A DNA stretch of 64,000 nt, taken from a virus. Lineage: Duplodnaviria > Caudoviricetes. A model generated the notes under the pieces. That model searched no databases. It was not told the origin of the DNA and saw only the letters and a list, made by a program, of their open reading frames with translations. Of the stretch, positions 55,635 to 63,962 are shown piece after piece. The position numbers and the translations under genes are program-made. Where the stretch lies: positions 22,920-86,919 of IMG/VR virus record IMGVR_UViG_3300027769_000023. One strand, given 5' to 3'. How positions within the stretch are numbered: the stretch's first letter is position 1; each line of letters begins with the position of its first letter.

Positions 55635-56538
55635 AAAAATATTCATATCATTACCAGCATGGGAAGATACAGAACTGCTAGATACTATCAATAAGAGTAT
55701 TCATTCTGCTGCATACCCAGAAAACTTAGTCTTTGGAATATGCTTAAACTATGAAATAGAGCCAGACTTATCCTCAATTAAGCATGAGGTTCGTGTTATA
55801 AGGGACAGAGAAGACTTTGTTGTTGATGATCCAGGGATTATCAGAGTAAGAAATGGCATAAGAAGTCTAATTAAAGATGAAGAATACTACTTAAGCATAG
55901 ATGCCCATGCAAACTTTGCAGAACGATGGGATGAAACATTAATTAATGATATAGAAGAGTTGCATTTAATCTCAGACAGATTTGTTATATCAAAGCAAAT
56001 TGTCGAGCCAGGAAACTTTAATAACTACTATACTCGTTGGAATGTAGACAAAAGAAAAGAGTCATTTTCTATGGGTGGACAACCTAAAATTGATAATGAA
56101 ATGTCTCACTCAAAAGATCTTATGGTAAATGAAAAGTACTTCTTAAACTATTACGTATCTTGTAACTTTATCTTTGGTAAAACTTCCTGGATTAACTCTA
56201 TGGATTTTCCAGATTACCACGGATTCCCCTTTGAAGAACCAGAATTAGCAATGGCATTATTCTGTAATGGTTTTGATGTCGTGTCTCCAACTGGAAAGCA
56301 TTGTCCTATCCATGCAGGAAATGACCCTAAGTACTACTTCCCATACGATGAAAAGTGGTGGGAGTTTGTTGGAACAGATAGAGGCAATAAGAATCACTGG
56401 AAAAAGATATGGGTCTGGGATGATCCAGAAATGGAAAGCGAAGTTATAGATTTATTAATTACTGGACAAAACAAATACTTTTCATTTAATAATCTAAGCA
56501 GAACTGTAGAAGAGTTCTATAATGCTATCACAAGATAA
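55624..56538 (+). CDS. GT-A glycosyltransferase, Gnt1/GT60-like
   Basis: IFISLPAWED...PENLVFG...GIIRVR...YYLSIDAH.NF...WDETLI...FPFEE. Confidence 0.75.
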   Translation: MTNRKIFISLPAWEDTELLDTINKSIHSAAYPENLVFGICLNYEIEPDLSSIKHEVRVIRDREDFVVDDPGIIRVRNGIRSLIKDEEYYLSIDAHANFAERWDETLINDIEELHLISDRFVISKQIVEPGNFNNYYTRWNVDKRKESFSMGGQPKIDNEMSHSKDLMVNEKYFLNYYVSCNFIFGKTSWINSMDFPDYHGFPFEEPELAMALFCNGFDVVSPTGKHCPIHAGNDPKYYFPYDEKWWEFVGTDRGNKNHWKKIWVWDDPEMESEVIDLLITGQNKYFSFNNLSRTVEEFYNAITR

Positions 56539-57541
56539 TAACTTGAGCATTTTTGTCTCAATAGCAGCATTTGAAGACCCAGGTCTGAAGAATACAATGC
56601 AAAAACTTTTAGATAGTTCGGACAATCCCGAAAACATATCCTTTGGTCTTGGACTTAACTACAAAGATGAGCCATCTTTTGATGAGTTCACAAATAAAAT
56701 AAAAGTAGTTAGGGACAAAGATTTTGATAGGCCAGGTATAGTAAAGATGAGATCTAAGATAAGAGAGTTAATTCAAGATGAAAGGTATTTTTTAAGTATA
56801 GATGCCCACACAAGTTTTGAAAAGTCTTGGGATACTAAACTAATTAATGATTTTGAAGAGTTAAGGGCTATAAATAAAAAGATTATAATCTCTGGTCAGA
56901 TTAGTGGCAAGGCAGTAATGGATGAAAACATAATTACTGTTTGGGATCTTGGTGGAGAGTGGGGAAGGTTTGGAATGATGGGGCACCAAACAACCGTAGA
57001 TGACAAGACTATGTTTGAGTCATGTAGGATGATGAACGATAAATACTTTTTAAATTATTACATTTCTTGTAATTTTATGTTTTTATTATGCAGCGACTTA
57101 CCTGAAATAAGGTTGCCAGGGTATCATGCTTTCCCGCATGAAGAGGCAGAGCAATCTATAACATCATTTTGTAATGGGTTCAATGTAGTTGCACCATCTA
57201 GGCACGCTTCTTATATATTTTTAGATCATGATACTAAATATGACTTCCCCTACGACGAGCAATGGTGGGAGTTTGTTGGAACTGATAAAGACAATCCAAA
57301 ACACTATCAGAGGCGATGGGTTCTCGATTCAGATGAGGTAAGGCTTGAGGTTGAAAAATTAATGATAACTGGAGAAAATAAATATTATTCCTTGGAAGGC
57401 TCAGATAGAACAATAGAAATGTTTTATCAATCAATAGGGGCTAGTCGTAAATACTTTCAGATACTTTGCGAGGCCTATGAGCAAAATTTTGAGTTGAACG
57501 AGGTATCAAAAGATGCGCTTAGTTTCAGTGATGTAGTATAA
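56522..57541 (+). CDS. GT-A glycosyltransferase, Gnt1/GT60-like, paralog
   Basis: IFVSIAAFED...PENISFG...GIVKMR...YFLSIDAH.SF...WDTKLI...FPHEE. Confidence 0.78.
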   Translation: MLSQDNNLSIFVSIAAFEDPGLKNTMQKLLDSSDNPENISFGLGLNYKDEPSFDEFTNKIKVVRDKDFDRPGIVKMRSKIRELIQDERYFLSIDAHTSFEKSWDTKLINDFEELRAINKKIIISGQISGKAVMDENIITVWDLGGEWGRFGMMGHQTTVDDKTMFESCRMMNDKYFLNYYISCNFMFLLCSDLPEIRLPGYHAFPHEEAEQSITSFCNGFNVVAPSRHASYIFLDHDTKYDFPYDEQWWEFVGTDKDNPKHYQRRWVLDSDEVRLEVEKLMITGENKYYSLEGSDRTIEMFYQSIGASRKYFQILCEAYEQNFELNEVSKDALSFSDVV

Positions 57542-57542
57542 T
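57537..57542 (+). promoter_or_regulatory. -10 TATAAT overlapping stop codon, for endolysin gene
   Basis: Upstream of AGGAGG RBS and ATG 57569. Confidence 0.5.
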
Positions 57543-57568
57543 AGATAGATACCAATAGGAGGGTAATC

Positions 57569-58201
57569 ATGTCAATTAAAGGATCAGTAGAAGCAATCAT
57601 TGAGGTTGCAAAGAAGGAAGTGGGCACAATTGAAGGCCCAAAGGATAACGAAACAAAGTACGGGGCATGGATCAAGGTTAACTTCCAGCCATGGTGCCAG
57701 TCATTTGTTTCTTGGTCAGCATTTACTGCTGGGGTAAAATCATTCCCCAAGTCTGCATCAACTGTTGCAGCATCAGATCAGTTTAAAAAGGAAGGGCGTT
57801 GGTCAGATGCACGTAATGATGATCCAACTCCTGGAGACTGGATTTATTTTGATTTCCCAGAAGATGGCGTAAATAGAATTTCACATGTAGGTCTTTGTAT
57901 TAAAAATAATGGCGATGGAACTATACAGGTTATTGAAGGAAACACTTCAGGAACTGCAAAGGGAGATCAGAGAAATGGCGGAATGTGCGTCGAAAAGACT
58001 CGTGGATATGTAAAGAACAACAAGAAGAAGTTGATTAATGCTGTAGTTGGTTGGGGTCGTCCAGTTTATACTGGAGAAGAAAGTGCCCCTCTACTAAACA
58101 AGTTAGCAGCAACCACTGCTTCTGCTGTAGTTGAAAAGAAAATTGTAAAGCCTGCTGTAAAGAAAACAACAGGTGGCGGTAAAGGAAGTCAGGTCAAATA
58201 A
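57569..58201 (+). CDS. Endolysin, CHAP/NlpC-P60 amidase
   Basis: PWCQSFVSW, SHVGL, IEGNT. Confidence 0.85.
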   Translation: MSIKGSVEAIIEVAKKEVGTIEGPKDNETKYGAWIKVNFQPWCQSFVSWSAFTAGVKSFPKSASTVAASDQFKKEGRWSDARNDDPTPGDWIYFDFPEDGVNRISHVGLCIKNNGDGTIQVIEGNTSGTAKGDQRNGGMCVEKTRGYVKNNKKKLINAVVGWGRPVYTGEESAPLLNKLAATTASAVVEKKIVKPAVKKTTGGGKGSQVK

Positions 58202-58402
58202 ATGGAGTCTACTAAAAGAACACTATTAAAAACAGCAAGTTGGGAAACATTCCATCTAGTTGGAGTCGCTGGAGTTATTTATTTATTTACTGGTGAGTGG
58301 GAATACGCAAGCCTTGGAGCACTACTATACATTGCTTGGGAAGCGCTAGGATACTTTCTTCATGAAAGAGTCTGGGCTAAGTTTGGGAACAAGGTGAAGT
58401 AA
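58202..58402 (+). CDS. DUF2061-like small membrane protein
   Basis: RTLLKTASW...YFLHERVW. Confidence 0.7.
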   Translation: MESTKRTLLKTASWETFHLVGVAGVIYLFTGEWEYASLGALLYIAWEALGYFLHERVWAKFGNKVK

Positions 58403-58503
58403 TGAGAATTAAAATTATTAAACTATTCGTATCTATCCTTGGATATAAACTAGAAGATACAAAACTAAATCTTCCTATTTGGCAACTAAAAAAGAAGAAA
58501 TAA
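58402..58503 (+). CDS. 33-aa basic peptide (not in track)
   Basis: MRIKIIKLFVSILGYKLEDTKLNLPIWQLKKKK; TAATG coupled upstream and its stop abuts ATG 58504. Confidence 0.45.
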   Translation: MRIKIIKLFVSILGYKLEDTKLNLPIWQLKKKK

Positions 58504-58689
58504 ATGCCAGCGTACGAATATGACTGCATGCCTTGTGCCACAAGATATACAAAGGTTAGAGCCATGTCTGAAGAAGATCCAGGATACGAATGCCAAACTT
58601 GCAATAGTAGGCTAGTTCGTGTATACTCTAATGTAGGAGCAGTATTCAACGGTAGTGGATTTTATTCCACTGATAACAGAAAGCGGTAG
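58504..58689 (+). CDS. FmdB-family zinc ribbon protein
   Basis: MPAYEYDC..C...C..C...F.GSGFYSTD. Confidence 0.85.
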   Translation: MPAYEYDCMPCATRYTKVRAMSEEDPGYECQTCNSRLVRVYSNVGAVFNGSGFYSTDNRKR

Positions 58690-58695
58690 TATAAT

Positions 58696-58950
58696 ATGAA
58701 TACAATGATCGACACACCAGTAGTAGAACAAGAGTGGGAGTTATCACCAAAGGACCGTTGCGACTCATGTTCTTCTGAGGCACTGGTAAAAGTTTCTGGT
58801 ATTTCTGGAGAATTGTTGTTTTGTGGCCATCATTATAATAAGATTATGAATGATGAACAAGGATATAAAAAGATGATGTCCTTTGCTCTGACAGTTCTTG
58901 ATGAACGTGATAAGTTGATTGAAAATAAGGCAAAGGGAAAAGACTACTGA
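58696..58950 (+). CDS. Small zinc-binding protein (CxxC...CxHH)
   Basis: DRCDSC...ELLFCGHH. Confidence 0.65.
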   Translation: MNTMIDTPVVEQEWELSPKDRCDSCSSEALVKVSGISGELLFCGHHYNKIMNDEQGYKKMMSFALTVLDERDKLIENKAKGKDY

Positions 58951-58951
58951 T

Positions 58952-59383
58952 ATGATTATTCAATTTTTTGGAATGGATGTAGCCAATAGGAACTTAGCAT
59001 CTAAAGCCTTTGCCAATGAGTCTAAAAGTTTTTATTGTACTGATAGAGAGTTGCCAATGGCAAGTCTGGAAGCACAGTTTGCTAGATGGCTAAGGACTAT
59101 TTCTGGTGTAGCACAAAGAAATGGAATGCCTGATATTGTTCTTAGTGGTTATTTTCCAAGCAAAGAATCAAGACAGCAATTTAAAGAGGGCATGGATATA
59201 TCAAATATCATAACAGTATGGATAGACACTATTGATCCAACCACTGCTCCAATTCCAGGAGGAAACGGCGGTACAACAGACTTTGCTTGGGAAGACCCAG
59301 AAGAGTCTGAGTACGATATTAGAGTTAAAACTACAGAAGATCTTGCATCTCTGTCTACTACCATAAAAGAAATGTTGGGATAA
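58952..59383 (+). CDS. P-loop-less paralog of the downstream APS-kinase domain (pseudo-kinase)
   Basis: Same MIIQF.G start and VW.DTI / WEDPE..YD landmarks, but GMDVANRN replaces GLPGSGKT. Confidence 0.6.
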   Translation: MIIQFFGMDVANRNLASKAFANESKSFYCTDRELPMASLEAQFARWLRTISGVAQRNGMPDIVLSGYFPSKESRQQFKEGMDISNIITVWIDTIDPTTAPIPGGNGGTTDFAWEDPEESEYDIRVKTTEDLASLSTTIKEMLG

Positions 59384-59384
59384 A

Positions 59385-60152
59385 ATGATTATACAATTCC
59401 TTGGTCTTCCAGGATCTGGAAAGACAACGATTGCTGATGCTGTCAGAGACAGAACAAACGCAATACATATCAATGCAGATCAAGTTCGTGCTGGACTGAA
59501 CAAAGATCTTGGGTTTAGCCCAGAAGATAGAGTAGAGCAAGCCCGTCGCATGGGAGAACTTGCAAGACTCCTTGAACAAATTCAAGATAAGCCAGTTCTT
59601 GTAGACTTTGTTTGCCCAACAGAAGAAACACGCAAAGCATTTGGAGAAGCAGATGTAGTTGTTTGGGTAGATACAATTAAGGAAGGTCGTTTTGATGACA
59701 CCAATAAACTTTGGGAAGACCCAGAACACTATGACCATAGAATTGTAGTAACAGGTGATGACCATGAGGATGCTTTACCAACAAGAGCGATAACTATTAT
59801 TAGAAAGTTTGGAATGTTTGACTGGAAAGAGAACACAGTTCTTCTTCTTGGTCGCTACCAACCATGGCATGAAGGGCATCGTGCTCTTTTTGATGAAGCA
59901 GCAAAGAGAAACACTCAGGTTGTAATTGGAGTTCGTCATACAGTTGGTATGACTGAAAAAGATCCTTTGCACTTTGACGAAGTTAAAAATTTTATTCAGA
60001 AAGACATGCCAACAGCAAATATAATTAAGGTACCAAACATTACCAATATTGTATATGGTCGTGATGTAGGATACAAGATTGAACAAGTAGATTTGGGGGC
60101 AGACATTCATGCTATTTCGGCTACTGAAAAACGCAAGCAATTGGGTATTTAA
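59385..60152 (+). CDS. cysC: Adenylyl-sulfate kinase-like domain fused to HxGH nucleotidyltransferase
   Basis: GLPGSGKT; DQVR..LNKDLGFSPEDR; C-terminal GRYQPWHEGH ... ISAT. Confidence 0.8.
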   Translation: MIIQFLGLPGSGKTTIADAVRDRTNAIHINADQVRAGLNKDLGFSPEDRVEQARRMGELARLLEQIQDKPVLVDFVCPTEETRKAFGEADVVVWVDTIKEGRFDDTNKLWEDPEHYDHRIVVTGDDHEDALPTRAITIIRKFGMFDWKENTVLLLGRYQPWHEGHRALFDEAAKRNTQVVIGVRHTVGMTEKDPLHFDEVKNFIQKDMPTANIIKVPNITNIVYGRDVGYKIEQVDLGADIHAISATEKRKQLGI

Positions 60153-60232
60153 ACAATTAGAAAAATCAGGACAAGCAATGAATGATGCTGAAGACCGAAT
60201 GGTAGCAGCAATGTTTAAGAAGAAAGACAAAG

Positions 60233-60436
60233 ATGACAGTAACTAAAGCCAGGTCTTTTGCTAAGGCACTTAGTTATCGCATATGGGGAACTCTTTCCTC
60301 TGTTGCTGTTGCCTATGTCATTACAAAAAACGCTTCTCTCTCTGTGACGATTGCATTTTGGGAAACGGTAGTTAAAGTATTTATCTACTACGCACATGAG
60401 CGTGGATGGAACTATATACAATGGGGGAGAAAATAA
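60233..60436 (+). CDS. DUF2061-like small membrane protein
   Basis: RSFAKALSYR...YYAHERGW. Confidence 0.75.
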   Translation: MTVTKARSFAKALSYRIWGTLSSVAVAYVITKNASLSVTIAFWETVVKVFIYYAHERGWNYIQWGRK

Positions 60437-60843
60437 TGTATGAATACTATGTAAGAAAAGTAGAGAATGTTGTAGATGGAGATACCATTGATGTTCTTAT
60501 TGATTTAGGGTTTGATATCCTATTTGCATCCCGTGTGAGATTGGCTGGTATTGATACCCCTGAGTCTCGAACAAAAGATCTTGCTGAGAAGGCACTTGGT
60601 CTAGAGGCTAAAGAGTACCTCAAGAAGGCTCTAAAGGACGCTAAGTCTGTTATTATTAAGACTGAGAAGATGGACTCATCTGAGAAGTATGGTCGCATTT
60701 TAGGCTGGGTATATGTAGACGGTAATACAGTATCACTAAACGACATGATGATCAATGATGGTTATGCATGGGGATATCTTGGAGATACCAAGGTTAAAGA
60801 TTTTGGAGCGCTTGCAAAAGCAAGAAAGAAGTCTGGTAAATGA
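60436..60843 (+). CDS. Thermonuclease (SNase-like)
   Basis: VVDGDTID, VRLAGIDTPE, KYGRILGWVY. Confidence 0.9.
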   Translation: MYEYYVRKVENVVDGDTIDVLIDLGFDILFASRVRLAGIDTPESRTKDLAEKALGLEAKEYLKKALKDAKSVIIKTEKMDSSEKYGRILGWVYVDGNTVSLNDMMINDGYAWGYLGDTKVKDFGALAKARKKSGK

Positions 60844-61091
60844 GACATGTTCTTTACTTTACTGCAGATTGGTGCCATCCATGCCAAAGAACAAAGCCAA
60901 TTACAGATGAATTAAAACGTGATGGTCTGGTTGATTTTATCTATATTGATGCAGATACAGAATTAGATCTTTTGGAAAAGTTTGGAATTAAGTCTGTACC
61001 TACATACATTTTAATTGAAGATGGCTTAGAAATTAAAAGAATGAATGGTGCAAAGACCAGAGATCAGTTTTTGGAATTTTTTAATGACTGA
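60840..61091 (+). CDS. Thioredoxin
   Basis: FTADWCHPC; VPT cis-Pro. Confidence 0.88.
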   Translation: MRHVLYFTADWCHPCQRTKPITDELKRDGLVDFIYIDADTELDLLEKFGIKSVPTYILIEDGLEIKRMNGAKTRDQFLEFFND

Positions 61092-61419
61092 TCCAGATAG
61101 AATTATAGAAGATCTAATACTAAGCGGTGCGCTAGAGGTTGCTGGATTAGATATTGAAACTGGAGAAGCGCTGTACAATTTTACGGATAAACTAAAAGAT
61201 ATAAATCCAAAATTGCACAACGAGCAATCAAAGTATTTTGCAACAGAAACAATGGCCTTATGGGAGTATGGATTTTTGTCTATGGATGTAACAGATCCAA
61301 ACCCAATAGTGTCTCTAACGGATAAATCTTTTGATCAAAAAGAAGTTGAAAAATTAGACAAGCAGCATCAGTACACATTAAAAGAAATAATTCGAATAAT
61401 TCTTAATAAAGGAAAATAA
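61084..61419 (+). CDS. Hypothetical protein
   Basis: Coupled ORF. Confidence 0.55.
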   Translation: MTDPDRIIEDLILSGALEVAGLDIETGEALYNFTDKLKDINPKLHNEQSKYFATETMALWEYGFLSMDVTDPNPIVSLTDKSFDQKEVEKLDKQHQYTLKEIIRIILNKGK

Positions 61420-61421
61420 CA

Positions 61422-61859
61422 ATGCAATATTTTATTGGATCAGTGATAGCCTTATTAGTCTTTGCTGCATCATTAAAAGTTATTGTCGACATGTATATGA
61501 AAGATTCTGTTGAGCAATTATTTAAAATTAAATACAGTCAAAAACATATACATACACTAATTCGACCACTGCTTCCGCCTATGGATGAAATTAATAGCAT
61601 TAATAACAAGCCAAATCAATCAAAAAATCATATTAAAAAGACTCATGTTCGTGTTCTAATCATTGATGATCGGGCTTATTGGAAAAAAGATAACGTTCTT
61701 TACGTTGCTGAGATCCATGATAACGATATTGATAGAGAGAATGCACAGAGGGTTGACATAATGGGTATGGATAAGGTAGAATTAGATAAGATGTTGTTCA
61801 TTGTAGACCAACTATCAGAAGGAGTAGAAGATGATAATAGCAGTACAGGGAACGAGTAG
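61422..61859 (+). CDS. Hypothetical protein with N-terminal TM
   Basis: Hydrophobic N-terminus; RBS. Confidence 0.55.
   Translation: MQYFIGSVIALLVFAASLKVIVDMYMKDSVEQLFKIKYSQKHIHTLIRPLLPPMDEINSINNKPNQSKNHIKKTHVRVLIIDDRAYWKKDNVLYVAEIHDNDIDRENAQRVDIMGMDKVELDKMLFIVDQLSEGVEDDNSSTGNE
61753..61782 (+). promoter_or_regulatory. Promoter TTGACA-18-TAGAAT embedded in CDS
   Basis: Near-consensus, upstream of ORF 61831. Confidence 0.55.
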
Positions 61860-62181
61860 TTTTGATGACTACCAGATATTCCTAAGAGCAATGGGTGTTG
61901 CCCTTTCTTCAATGAAAGAAGACGATCCATTTTTTTACATCTACTCTGCAGGTCCTGCCAAGATTAATTCAATGGTTTCAGAGTTCTCAAACCTATCGGA
62001 AAGAGGGATGAAATCACGTGGGAAGAAGTTAAAGCACTACAAAGTTCCACCAAGTTGGTTGAGTGAGAATATGGACTCTATTGGTTATTTTGCTTACCTA
62101 AGTAAGCCTAAAGAGCCACTGTCTAAACTTGTCACTGAGGCTCAGCATAAAAATGTTGAAGTCGGAATTTATCGTTACTAA
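61831..62181 (+). CDS. Hypothetical Rossmann-like (SLOG-like) protein
   Basis: IIAVQGTSSFDDY start. Confidence 0.5.
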   Translation: MIIAVQGTSSFDDYQIFLRAMGVALSSMKEDDPFFYIYSAGPAKINSMVSEFSNLSERGMKSRGKKLKHYKVPPSWLSENMDSIGYFAYLSKPKEPLSKLVTEAQHKNVEVGIYRY

Positions 62182-62194
62182 TAAAAAGGAAAAC

Positions 62195-62404
62195 ATGTTA
62201 ATTAAGTCATTAGAACAAATGGAAACAATCGTTGCACAAAACAAAGTTTTGTCTTGGGATGGTTGGACAGTTCTTGAGCGCTACCCTTCAGACAAGGGTA
62301 GAACATCTGACCGTGGGGTTTACCAAAATGGTATATGGCATCTTCAAAAGATGTTTGCTCCTACACGTGATGGATGGGAAGTACCAAGTAAATATGTGAG
62401 GTAA
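62195..62404 (+). CDS. Hypothetical Trp-rich protein
   Basis: RBS AAGGA; SWDGW motif. Confidence 0.55.
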   Translation: MLIKSLEQMETIVAQNKVLSWDGWTVLERYPSDKGRTSDRGVYQNGIWHLQKMFAPTRDGWEVPSKYVR

Positions 62405-62406
62405 AC

Positions 62407-62691
62407 ATGAATAAGCACAAATGGAAAGATGATGCTTCATGTTTAGACTATGACACAAACATATTCTTTGATAAGTATGAGGAAGAAGAACTACTTAGGC
62501 CTGCAGTTGATGATCTTTGCATGTCATGTCCTGTTATGAAGTCTTGCTTTGCTGTTGGCATTAGTCAACAAGAGTGGGGTGTATGGGGCGGTATCTACTT
62601 AGAAGGTGGAGAGATATCAAAAGAGTTTAATAATCATAAGAGCAAAGCAAAATGGGGATCAGTATGGCAACAACTAACAATGGGTGGATAA
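62407..62691 (+). CDS. whiB: WhiB-family transcription factor
   Basis: C...FF...C..CPV...C...GVWGG. Confidence 0.9.
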   Translation: MNKHKWKDDASCLDYDTNIFFDKYEEEELLRPAVDDLCMSCPVMKSCFAVGISQQEWGVWGGIYLEGGEISKEFNNHKSKAKWGSVWQQLTMGG

Positions 62692-62935
62692 ATTGTATAC
62701 AGAAGCAATGAGACGTGCTGCAATGTCATTGACACCACCAAAGGATTTCTCTGTTGAGATTTATGACAATGGAGACTTCCTTGTTGTTCGTGCACATGCA
62801 CAACAGTTTATAAACCTGTATCATGATGAAAAAATACAAGCAGCAGAATATTTAATTAGATTAAAAAAGGCTTTAGAACAAGAAGGTGCAATGGTTCTTT
62901 TGGTAAGATCTGAGTTAGGGGATGATCAGAAATGA
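62684..62935 (+). CDS. Hypothetical protein
   Basis: Coupled ORF. Confidence 0.55.
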   Translation: MDKLYTEAMRRAAMSLTPPKDFSVEIYDNGDFLVVRAHAQQFINLYHDEKIQAAEYLIRLKKALEQEGAMVLLVRSELGDDQK

Positions 62936-63372
62936 TTGATTTAGTTGTATACTTAATACTTGTATTGTTTATTTTTTATTTAGTTTTAGAAAATATAAAA
63001 ACTAAAAGAAAGTTTGGAAAAGCAGTTGCAACTTTGTTTCAGTTGTATATTGATAAAAACATTTCAGACAATCTTGCTAAAGAAAAGTTAGAAGAGTTAT
63101 CTGTAGAAGATAAGAATAATAAAATAAGCCAGGACGATTTTATAACATTTTTAACTCAGTCCAGACAGTGGGCATTTGACTATATAGAACAGGTTCAGAG
63201 CGCAATACAGGACTTTAAGGAGTCAACTGGCCCATCCATTGAGTATTTTAGGGAGTATGGGGCAGTAATGCAATTACCAACAGATCAATTATTTAGTCAA
63301 ATTATTCCAGCATATGATAAACTTGTAGATATGCTGCCAAAGGATAATGAAGAAAATGAGATTCAAAAGTAA
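62932..63372 (+). CDS. Hypothetical membrane-anchored protein
   Basis: N-terminal TM helix. Confidence 0.55.
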   Translation: MIDLVVYLILVLFIFYLVLENIKTKRKFGKAVATLFQLYIDKNISDNLAKEKLEELSVEDKNNKISQDDFITFLTQSRQWAFDYIEQVQSAIQDFKESTGPSIEYFREYGAVMQLPTDQLFSQIIPAYDKLVDMLPKDNEENEIQK

Positions 63373-63514
63373 AGGATACATAGACAACTCTGCCTTTTTT
63401 GTTTGCTGGGAAATTGACTGCAAAGAAGAAAGTACTAGAATATGGGCGGACAGTCAAACTCCAGTAGTAGACTTGTGCGAACTACATTACAATGAAGTAA
63501 GGAAAGAGATATAA
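63347..63514 (+). CDS. Small zinc-binding protein (55 aa, not in track)
   Basis: CWEIDC...LCELH. Confidence 0.45.
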   Translation: MKKMRFKSKGYIDNSAFFVCWEIDCKEESTRIWADSQTPVVDLCELHYNEVRKEI

Positions 63515-63515
63515 A

Positions 63516-63674
63516 ATGAAAGACATTATTCTATCAACACTAACAGGTTTTGGATGTGGCGTCGTGTTTGCTGCATTCAAATTGCCAGTTCCAGCACCAC
63601 CAGTTTTTGCGGGAGTCGCAGGAATTATTGGTCTATGGATTGGTTTTACAATACTAACACGAGTTATATCCTAG
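63516..63674 (+). CDS. XapX/DUF1427-like small membrane protein (52 aa, not in track)
   Basis: FKLPVPAPPVFAGVAGIIG motif. Confidence 0.7.
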   Translation: MKDIILSTLTGFGCGVVFAAFKLPVPAPPVFAGVAGIIGLWIGFTILTRVIS

Positions 63675-63683
63675 GAGGAAAAA

Positions 63684-63956
63684 ATGAATACACAAATTAA
63701 GAATGCTCTAGCATCTTACGGAAGATCAGTACTCGCAGGTGCTGCAGCGCTATACATGGCAGGAGTGACAGATCCAAAGGATCTCGCATTCTCATTGCTA
63801 TCAGCAGTAATCCCCGTTGCACTAAGAGCAGCAAACCCTAACGATCCAGCATTTGGTAAGTTACCAAGTGTTGAAGAGGTAGATCGTGTAGTTAAGACTG
63901 CGCCAAAGAAGAAGGCACCAGTCAAGAAAACAGCAGTGAAGGCCAAGAAGGGCTAA
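63684..63956 (+). CDS. Holin-like membrane protein with Lys/Ala tail
   Basis: SYGRSVLA...VIPVALRAANPNDPAFG; strong RBS. Confidence 0.55.
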   Translation: MNTQIKNALASYGRSVLAGAAALYMAGVTDPKDLAFSLLSAVIPVALRAANPNDPAFGKLPSVEEVDRVVKTAPKKKAPVKKTAVKAKKG

Positions 63957-63962
63957 GGTGTT

